Assembly (NCBI GenBank): GCA_963665295.1
Contig: OY762209.1
Span: 4,160,001 to 4,224,000, forward strand
From: Syntrophorhabdaceae bacterium
GTDB lineage: Bacteria > Desulfobacterota > Syntrophorhabdia > Syntrophorhabdales > Syntrophorhabdaceae
DNA length: 64,000 nt
Direction: 5' to 3'
Shown: piece after piece, positions 56,914 to 64,000 of the stretch
Numbering within the stretch: the stretch's first letter is position 1
Layout: every line of letters begins with the position of its first letter
Position numbers and translations under genes: made by a program
The notes under the pieces: generated by a model
What the model was told of the DNA's origin: nothing
The model's database searches: none
Seen by the model: only the letters and a program-made list of their open reading frames with translations

Positions 56914-59346
56914 TCACACCGGTACAGGCGAAACGCCCCAGATGTTGTCCGCGTACTCAGTCACCGCCCTGTCGCTGGAGAACTTGCCTGAACGCGCCAC
57001 GTTAAGGATGGCCTTGCGGGTCCAGAGGGCTTCGTCCCTGTAAACCGAGCTCACCTCTTCCTGACACTTTATATATGAAGCGTAATCGGCAAGCACGAAG
57101 TAGGCATCGTACTGGAGGAGAGGGTCGACCACGGGACGGAACAGCTCGGGTGCGCCCGGGGAAAAATAACCGTCACGGATTTGATCGATGGCCCTCTTCA
57201 GTTCAGGGTTGTCTTCATAAAATTTGCATGGATTATAACCGGCCCGCATCTCAAGAAGCTCCCCTGCGTTATGTCCGAAGAGAAAGAAGTTCTCGTCCCC
57301 CACCTCTTCCCGGATCTCCACGTTTGCCCCATCCAGGGTGCCTATGGTCAGCGCTCCGTTCAGGGTAAACTTCATGTTGCCCGTCCCCGATGCCTCGTAA
57401 CCCGCCGTGGAGATTTGCTCGGAGAGTTCCGCCGCGGGCATTATGCGTTGCGCCAGGGTTACGTCATAGTTGGGCACGAAGACCAGGGCAAGCTTTTCCC
57501 CTATCGCAGGGTCCGCATCGATTGCAGCGCCTATATTATGGATAAGCTTGATAATGAGCTTGCACACGTAATATCCGGGGGCGGCCTTGCCTGCGAACAG
57601 GATGGTCCGCGAAGGAAATCCTTTCGGTACCTTCCCCTCTTTTATCCTGTTGTAAAGGGTCACAATGTGGAGGATGTTGAGGAGTTGACGTTTGTATTCA
57701 TGAAACCGCTTTGTCTGGCAGTCGAGGAGGTAATCCGCGGGAAAGGACAGCCAGTACGCCCTGTAGACGTAATCCGAAAGAGCTACCTTATTCATTTCCT
57801 TTATACGGCGGAATCTTGCGCAGAACCCCGCGTCTTCCACCAGTGGCTCCAGACCCTTGAGTTTGCCGAGGTCGGTGAGCCAGCCATCGCCGATCGCTTC
57901 AGTGATGAGACCGGCCAAATGGGGGTTTGCCTGGAGAAGCCACCGCCTGGAGGTGATACCGTTCGTCACATTCCGGAATTTTCCGGGGGTCATCTCGTGA
58001 AAATCCCTGAACACCACCTGTTTCAGGATATCAGTGTGAAGTTCTGAAACCCCGTTCACCGCATGACTGCCTATTACCGCAAGGCGGGCCATATTAATGA
58101 CCTGTCTTCCCTCTCCCGTGACAATCGCCATTCTGCCCCTGCGACCGGGGTCATCGGGAAACTGCTCCGCCACCTGCACCTGGAACCTCCGGTCTATCTC
58201 CTTTATAATCTGAAGGTGGCGCGGAAGGAGCTTGCCGAAGATGCCCTCCGTCCACGTTTCAAGGGCCTCAGGCAGCACCGTGTGGTTCGTATAGGCGAAG
58301 GTCTTCCTCGTCATCTCCCATGCATTATCCCAGAGTACGCCGTTTTCATCCACAAGGAGTCGCATCAACTCCGCTACCGCTATGGAAGGATGGGTGTCAT
58401 TGAGCTGCACCGCCACCTTGTCGGGAAACTCGTTATAGGTGGTGCGGGTCTTCTTGTACCTCCTGACAATGTCCTGGAGCGTGGCACAGACAAAGAAATA
58501 CTGTTGTTTCAATCTCAATTCCTTGCCTGCGTCGTATTGATCGTTAGGATAAAGGACCTTGGAGATATTCTCGCTATTGTCCTTTTCTTCCACGGCCTTC
58601 AGATAATCGCCCCTGTTGAAGTAATCGAGATCAAAATCTCTTGTCGATTTCGCGCCCCAGAGCCTGAGGGTGTTTACCGTCTCGTTCCTGAATCCGGGCA
58701 CGGGACAATCGTAGGCCAAAGCCATGACGTCCTCTCCTCCCACCCACTTCATGGCGTACTTGCCGCCGCCCTTCGGAGTCGTGCTCACCTCTCCGTAGAA
58801 ACGGACGGGGTAGAGAAGCTCGGGCCGTGGGAATTCCCACGGATTCCCGTACCTCAGCCAGTTATCGGGCACCTCCACCTGGAAACCATCCTTGATCCTT
58901 TGGAAAAAAATCCCGTATTCATAGCGTATGCCATAACCATAGGCGGGGTACTGGAGGGTGGCGAGAGAATCGATGTAGCATGCGGCAAGTCTTCCCAGCC
59001 CGCCGTTTCCAAGGCCCGCATCCGGCTCGTATTCGAGGGCGTCCTCAAAGGAGAGTCCGAGAAGTTCGATGGTCTTCGCGTATTCATCGGAAAGGCCGAG
59101 GTTAAGGACGTAATTCCCGAGGAGCCTGCCCAGGAGAAATTCCATGGAAAGGTAATACACCCTCTTCGTGTCCGCCTCGTAATATCGTTGCTGCGTCTTG
59201 ATCCATCGTTTAGCCAGAGGATCTCGCACGGACAGAACGATGGAATGAAACTTGTCCCTCGGCGTGGCGGAATGTACGTCCTTTGCCAGGTCATAGGTGA
59301 GGTGGTGCGTTAAAATCTTATGCAGCGTATCCTTGTCCCCTGCCAT
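56914..59346 (-). CDS. glgP: Glycogen/starch phosphorylase
   Basis: YYLSMEFL, GLGNGGLGRLAAC, LRLKQQYFF, QLNDTHP, KRFHEYKRQ, PLP motif EASGTGNMKF. Confidence 0.97.
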   Translation of the reverse strand: MAGDKDTLHKILTHHLTYDLAKDVHSATPRDKFHSIVLSVRDPLAKRWIKTQQRYYEADTKRVYYLSMEFLLGRLLGNYVLNLGLSDEYAKTIELLGLSFEDALEYEPDAGLGNGGLGRLAACYIDSLATLQYPAYGYGIRYEYGIFFQRIKDGFQVEVPDNWLRYGNPWEFPRPELLYPVRFYGEVSTTPKGGGKYAMKWVGGEDVMALAYDCPVPGFRNETVNTLRLWGAKSTRDFDLDYFNRGDYLKAVEEKDNSENISKVLYPNDQYDAGKELRLKQQYFFVCATLQDIVRRYKKTRTTYNEFPDKVAVQLNDTHPSIAVAELMRLLVDENGVLWDNAWEMTRKTFAYTNHTVLPEALETWTEGIFGKLLPRHLQIIKEIDRRFQVQVAEQFPDDPGRRGRMAIVTGEGRQVINMARLAVIGSHAVNGVSELHTDILKQVVFRDFHEMTPGKFRNVTNGITSRRWLLQANPHLAGLITEAIGDGWLTDLGKLKGLEPLVEDAGFCARFRRIKEMNKVALSDYVYRAYWLSFPADYLLDCQTKRFHEYKRQLLNILHIVTLYNRIKEGKVPKGFPSRTILFAGKAAPGYYVCKLIIKLIHNIGAAIDADPAIGEKLALVFVPNYDVTLAQRIMPAAELSEQISTAGYEASGTGNMKFTLNGALTIGTLDGANVEIREEVGDENFFLFGHNAGELLEMRAGYNPCKFYEDNPELKRAIDQIRDGYFSPGAPELFRPVVDPLLQYDAYFVLADYASYIKCQEEVSSVYRDEALWTRKAILNVARSGKFSSDRAVTEYADNIWGVSPVPV

Positions 59347-59493
59347 GGGTAGAACCCCCTTGTTGCAATGTTGTGTCCGCTATGATATCACGACACGAAC
59401 ACAACATGCAAAGGGTGGGCATTTCCGGCGGACCGGAGCACAGGCCGCCGGTATGTTTTTATTGTCTTACGGATCGACCCCGGAAGGACCTCC

Positions 59494-60081
59494 CTATCCA
59501 AGGGAATGGAGCTTATCGCTGTGGTTTGCCTCTTTACGCACCACTTCCACGGTGCTGGCCTGGGGGCCCTTCTCGCCCATCTCCTCTTTGAACCTCACCT
59601 CCATGCCGACCTTAAGTTTGGGAAAAGCGTCATACAAGACACTGTTTCTGTTAAAATAGACTTCGAGGCCCTCAAAAGTCTCTATAAACCCATAACCCTG
59701 GTCCGGGAAAAGTTTGCTTACCCGTGCGTGAGGGGCCGTCACGCTGGTCTTCACTTCACCGTGTCTTTTGCGGTCATAATCTTTAAGTTGCCGTTCCATC
59801 GCTTCAAAGGCATCGCGCACCATAACGTATACATCTTCATGGGAATCGCGGTCGCCCGGTTCACGGTCTACCACCAATTCCTTGCCGGGAACGCTTACAT
59901 CTACGCGGAGGTGGTAAAGCTTCCCTGTCCGGTGACGCCGATGGGGAGCTTCGACGACAACCCGGCAACTCATGATACTTTCATGGAACTGATCCAGTTT
60001 TGTTGCAGCTTCCCTGATCTTCTCCTCAAGGGCCTCGGACTTGTCCACATCATGGAAGGTAATCTGTAACGGTAGTATCAT
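59494..60081 (-). CDS. HPF/RaiA ribosome-associated domain + cold-shock domain fusion
   Basis: LQITF...SEAL...I.SCRVVVE...DAF...RQL, followed by CSD (GYGFIE...VYF..NSV...G.EVRF..E.GEKGPQAS). Confidence 0.9.
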   Translation of the reverse strand: MILPLQITFHDVDKSEALEEKIREAATKLDQFHESIMSCRVVVEAPHRRHRTGKLYHLRVDVSVPGKELVVDREPGDRDSHEDVYVMVRDAFEAMERQLKDYDRKRHGEVKTSVTAPHARVSKLFPDQGYGFIETFEGLEVYFNRNSVLYDAFPKLKVGMEVRFKEEMGEKGPQASTVEVVRKEANHSDKLHSLG

Positions 60082-60200
60082 ATGCCTTTCCTCCTCTTGC
60101 GTTATTACGTGTACTCCATACTAACAAATATAATACAAGACCGGGGAACTGTAAACGTATAAACGCTTATGGGGGAGGCGAACAGCAGTCCGTGACGCGG

Positions 60201-61022
60201 TCACGTGGCGGGTGTTTCGTCGGCTGCCTTCTTTCTTGCCTTGATGAATTTCAATATCTCTTCAACCTTCTCGATCTGAAGACACGTATTTTTGCAGGGT
60301 CCTTCAGGTCTCCTGTTGGGTATTGCAAGTACCGGCACCCTTTCGGACACATCCTTTATGCCGCTCAAAAGGTCTCTTTCGCACGCGACCGCGAGAATCA
60401 GGGTCGGTCTGAACTGCCCTATTGCTTTTCGAGCCTCTTCGCCGCCGCCTGCCGTCACTACACGCATATCGTATTCCCTGGTGCGGCTCATGAGGTCGCT
60501 ACGGGCCACCTTTCCCAGACAACGGGGCAAAAGCATGAGGAGCCTTTCAGGATTCAGCCGATCGGCATTGCTGGTCGTGACGCGATTATGCACCTTAATG
60601 AAGGAGTTGCCTACCCGGTCCCGGCTGATTCCAAGCCGCCCCCCGAGCCACAGGGCCTTGGGAAGCACCAGGAGAAACAACCGCTCCACCAGCGTGTAGG
60701 GAAAAAGAGATTTGCCGGCTTTCCTCAGCACAAACACCTCAATGGATACAAGCACCAGCAGACAAACCGACACTCCGATCATGGACCACTCGATGACCCC
60801 GGGAAGGACCGTGCTGAACTGCTCGACCCTCGGTCTCATCATGTACCATGAAACGATGAACAAACCGGCCAGAATAGAGAGGGCTATGCCGGCAAGGATC
60901 AGGAAAGTGGTCGAGCGCTCCTCGATCTCATGTTCATAGGGCTGGGAACGTCCGTCCCAGTCCGCCCATTCGTCACCCAGTTTCCTGTCTTTGAATTCCG
61001 ATTTATCTATGGATTCCTCCAT
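60201..61022 (-). CDS. DUF116 domain membrane protein
   Basis: Two TM segments; SFIKVHN, LLPRCL, AGGG..AR, AVACERDL.SG, N.RPEGPCKNT. Confidence 0.85.
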   Translation of the reverse strand: MEESIDKSEFKDRKLGDEWADWDGRSQPYEHEIEERSTTFLILAGIALSILAGLFIVSWYMMRPRVEQFSTVLPGVIEWSMIGVSVCLLVLVSIEVFVLRKAGKSLFPYTLVERLFLLVLPKALWLGGRLGISRDRVGNSFIKVHNRVTTSNADRLNPERLLMLLPRCLGKVARSDLMSRTREYDMRVVTAGGGEEARKAIGQFRPTLILAVACERDLLSGIKDVSERVPVLAIPNRRPEGPCKNTCLQIEKVEEILKFIKARKKAADETPAT

Positions 61023-61197
61023 GGCGCCTTTCATCCATTGCCGCGCCCCGTGTCGGTGCCGGTGAGGCGAGCCCCGATCTACAGTTTCTCACAAACAGGG
61101 TGCGCCGGTCAAGAACGGGGCCGGATATATACAAGGAATATAGTCACGGATTAAAACCATTGAAATACTTTGCTTCCTGATGTATAGAAAAGGTGTC

Positions 61198-62433
61198 GTG
61201 GCGACCGCAAGAATCATAGAGTACATAGAAGACCACCTCGATTGGCTGGTTGCGAAGACTGCCGGGTTTATAAGGACCCCAAGCGTGAGCGGCTTCGAAG
61301 GTGAGATCGCGAAGGTCCTCACCGGATGCCTCGCCGAATCGGGACTTAAGGCCTTTACCGACGAAGCGGGCAACGTAGTAGGGTCATTTGAGGAACCGGG
61401 CACTGCCCGGGACAAAGGAAAGGTTCTCGCCTTCAATGTTCATCTCGATACTGTCCCTGCGGGTCCCCGTGAATCGTGGAAGCATGACCCCTTCGGCGGC
61501 ATCGTGGAAGAGGGGAAGATATTCGGTAGAGGCGCGTCGGACACGAAAGGTGCGTGGGCGCCCATTATCCTCGCTATGGAGGCCGTCAGGAATTGCGGGA
61601 TCCGCCTCGAAGGCAGGACCGTCTTCACCGCCGTGGTGATGGAGGAACTCGGTCTTTGCGCGGGCATGAAGGTACTTCTTGAATCGACCCTTCGTAACGC
61701 CCTCCCCGACTACATAGTCCTCGGTGAACCAACGGGCTTGGATATTGCCATAGGGCACAAGGGTAAAACAGAGCTTGAGGTCGTCACCCATGGGAGGGCC
61801 TGTCACGCGAGCGCCCCGTGGATGGGGAAAAACGCACTCTATCGTGCGGCAACAGTAATACAAGCCATAGAAAGGAGGGCCCTGGAGATCGACACCTTGT
61901 CCGGAGACCCTCTCTTCGGTAAGTCCACCCTGGCCATGACCGACGTGACCTGCACCCCCGGCGCCAGAAACATAATCCCCGATTCCTGTGCCATGTATGT
62001 AGACTACCGGTTCCTGCCCGGCGAAACCATGGAAACCGTGAAGACTTCTCTCGAACGGTATCTCGCCTCGGACAAGATCGAAGCCGACGTTCGCATTTCC
62101 AGGGAGGACCGTCTCACCTACACGGGTTTGGAGGTAAAAGGACAGAAATACATACCGGCCTTCGGGCTGGACGAAGGCCACGTCCTCGTGCAGGAAGCTT
62201 CACGCGCGGTGCGTGATGTGCTTCCCCATGATCCAAAAATATACCGCTGGAATTTCGCCACCGACGGCGGCTGGTCCATGGGCAAACTAGGTATTCCCAC
62301 CATAGGTTTTTCTCCCTGCGAGGAGCACCTCGCCCACACGGTCGACGAGTACGTGAGAATCGATTCCCTCGTGTCCGCGGCCAAGGTTTATGCGGCCATT
62401 ATCGTCCGGCTGCTGAACGGGCGGGAACGTTGA
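61198..62433 (+). CDS. M20 family metallo-hydrolase (YgeY/ArgE-like)
   Basis: HLDTV, GRGASDTKG, MEE, GEPT, HAS.P..G.NA, FATDG, AHTVDE. TTGAAA-N17-TATAGA promoter upstream favours GTG 61198. Confidence 0.88.
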   Translation: MATARIIEYIEDHLDWLVAKTAGFIRTPSVSGFEGEIAKVLTGCLAESGLKAFTDEAGNVVGSFEEPGTARDKGKVLAFNVHLDTVPAGPRESWKHDPFGGIVEEGKIFGRGASDTKGAWAPIILAMEAVRNCGIRLEGRTVFTAVVMEELGLCAGMKVLLESTLRNALPDYIVLGEPTGLDIAIGHKGKTELEVVTHGRACHASAPWMGKNALYRAATVIQAIERRALEIDTLSGDPLFGKSTLAMTDVTCTPGARNIIPDSCAMYVDYRFLPGETMETVKTSLERYLASDKIEADVRISREDRLTYTGLEVKGQKYIPAFGLDEGHVLVQEASRAVRDVLPHDPKIYRWNFATDGGWSMGKLGIPTIGFSPCEEHLAHTVDEYVRIDSLVSAAKVYAAIIVRLLNGRER

Positions 62434-62619
62434 GGCTCCGGCCCTCGTTGAAACCGGAGTCGCTGGCCTCTATACTTGAACCCCTCGATAGAGTATAATA
62501 AGACGCGTCGCGTGGAAGAGCCGCCCTGACGTTCTCCGTCCGTGCGATCCCGCGCCTGTCGGTCCGTTGCCGGCTATAATAACCATTAAACTGTCGAGCC
62601 CGTAACAAGGCGAAGGAGG

Positions 62620-62958
62620 ATGACCGTGGAATTTTTCGTTGTTGCCGATGAAGTACTGATGGGACAGGGCGTCTTCGGCGTCTTTTCCACCCTCGATAAA
62701 GCAGGGGCATACCTGGAGGATGTTCAGTTAAGAACCGGCTTCAGGTGCACGATAACACAATTGTCCGTGATGGGCTATGCCGCCACCCCGGACAGGGTAT
62801 GTGTCGCGTATTTCCATGACTGCCTGCACGATGTCTTCATTCTGGACGGTCTGTACACGGATGCCGCACTAGCCTACGACGCCACCGGAGACCAGGGACT
62901 GATAGTCGAGTTCGTGGTGGATGCTCCCGAACAGAAGCAGATTGTCGAGGACTTTTAA
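62620..62958 (+). CDS. Hypothetical protein with internal two-fold repeat
   Basis: RBS AAGGAGG; two similar beta-beta-alpha-beta units. Confidence 0.65.
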   Translation: MTVEFFVVADEVLMGQGVFGVFSTLDKAGAYLEDVQLRTGFRCTITQLSVMGYAATPDRVCVAYFHDCLHDVFILDGLYTDAALAYDATGDQGLIVEFVVDAPEQKQIVEDF

Positions 62959-63031
62959 AGCCTGCTGCGGGGAGCGTGATGCCCGGGGTCCTTTCTGAGG
63001 AATAAGCGTCAACGCAGGAGGAGATTCACCG

Positions 63032-64000
63032 ATGAAGAAAAAAACTTGTGTGGTTACCCGATTCATATCAGTCCTTTTCTTGTTACTGCTTCCGGTCCTC
63101 CTTCTATCCGCGGAAAGTCATGGCACGACCCCGGCCGGGGGAGCCGGCCTTTCGGGCTCCGATTCAGCTACCCTCCCCGAGGATACCATGGCGGTCCTTT
63201 ATCGTCCCATCGAGACAAACACTGCCGACCTCACTCCCGGCACCAGGAACATAAGGGTCCTCGTCCATTACGGCAGGACTGAATTCTTTGTGGCCAATGG
63301 AAGACCCTTCGGCATCGAATACGAAAGCTTTGCCGAGTTCGAAAAGTATCTGAACAAGAACCGCCCGAAGCATTCACCCAGGATCAGCGTTACCTTTATC
63401 CCCGTCCATCTCGAAGACCTTATCCCCTACCTCCTTGAGGGCAAGGGGGACATTGCTGCCGGTTTACTCACCATGACGGAGGAACGCAAGGAAAAGGTTT
63501 CCTTTGCTAAACCGTACATTCAAAATGTGAGCGAGGTGCTCGTAAGCCATTCGGGGGCGCCCCGTATCGCGAATATCGAAGACCTTTCGGGAAAAACAGT
63601 CCACGTCCTGAGGGGAAGCAGTTTTGTCCATCACCTCCACGCCCTCAACAGGAAACTGGAGGCTTCGGGTCGAGCCCCGGCGACCATAGTCGAATTGCCC
63701 GCGGGTGCAAACGACGACGACATCCTCGAGATGGTGAACGCGGGGATATTCGAGTTTACCTTCGTGGATAATTTCATGGCCGAACTCTGGTCCCGCGTCC
63801 TGCCCGATATCAGGATCGCCTCGTCGGTCACCCTTCATAAAGGGGGGAGTATTGCCTGGGCCGTGCGGCCCGGCAACCCCGAGATGCTCAGTAGCCTAAA
63901 CGGATTTGTGGATTACGAGAAGGTTCACCTGAAGAGCAAAATCATTGAAATGTGGAACCGGTATTTCGTGGATACGAGGCTCATCAAAAACCCCTTGAGC
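63032..64000 (+). CDS. MltF-like periplasmic binding-domain protein (3' end outside window)
   Basis: Absent from the ORF track because there is no stop in the window. ATG after AGGAGGAG; reads MKKK...RVLVHYGRTEFFVANGRPFGIEYE...FIPV...LIPYLLEGKGDIAAGLLTMTEER...FAKPY...IAWAVR. Confidence 0.8.
   Translation, partial: MKKKTCVVTRFISVLFLLLLPVLLLSAESHGTTPAGGAGLSGSDSATLPEDTMAVLYRPIETNTADLTPGTRNIRVLVHYGRTEFFVANGRPFGIEYESFAEFEKYLNKNRPKHSPRISVTFIPVHLEDLIPYLLEGKGDIAAGLLTMTEERKEKVSFAKPYIQNVSEVLVSHSGAPRIANIEDLSGKTVHVLRGSSFVHHLHALNRKLEASGRAPATIVELPAGANDDDILEMVNAGIFEFTFVDNFMAELWSRVLPDIRIASSVTLHKGGSIAWAVRPGNPEMLSSLNGFVDYEKVHLKSKIIEMWNRYFVDTRLIKNPLS

Noticed and set aside
61198..62433. Link between the YgeY-like hydrolase and the NCS2 permease as a purine catabolic cluster
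   Set aside because: More than 10 kb apart, no xdh/ssnA/hyuA/ygeW-type genes nearby, and the permease lacks purine-binding residues.
1..64000. tRNA, rRNA, CRISPR array, prophage, defence island, or Sec/Pyl read-through
   Set aside because: No cloverleaf, repeat-spacer series or phage/defence genes recognised; no gene appears truncated at an internal TGA/TAG. A weak ncRNA could have been missed by eye.

Overview
Gene-dense, GC-rich bacterial chromosome segment with about 57 CDS and no rRNA, tRNA or CRISPR array that I can recognise. Gene content (AhbA-like protein, divergent second EF-G, HDOD protein, PAS hybrid kinases, QueG-like Fe-S protein) suggests an anaerobic Desulfobacterota/deltaproteobacterium-like organism; this is inference only. 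Housekeeping genes (polA, fusA paralog-birA-coaX, ilvD-nadE, ilvA, rlmE, glgP) are mixed with signalling, transport and uncharacterised genes. One complete IS1380-family element (50848-52639, 15-bp imperfect TIRs, GGCA target duplication) is present. The most unusual locus is 46556-50788 (minus strand). It encodes an NCS2/xanthine-uracil-family permease with altered substrate-binding residues and a C-terminal tail resembling a degenerate RsbW-type (GHKL) anti-sigma domain, followed by a Cache-HAMP-SpoIIE phosphatase and a STAS anti-anti-sigma protein: a candidate transporter-coupled partner-switching system. Across the IS, it faces a eukaryote-like PP2C phosphatase. All family calls come from motif recognition by eye; no database searches were run.
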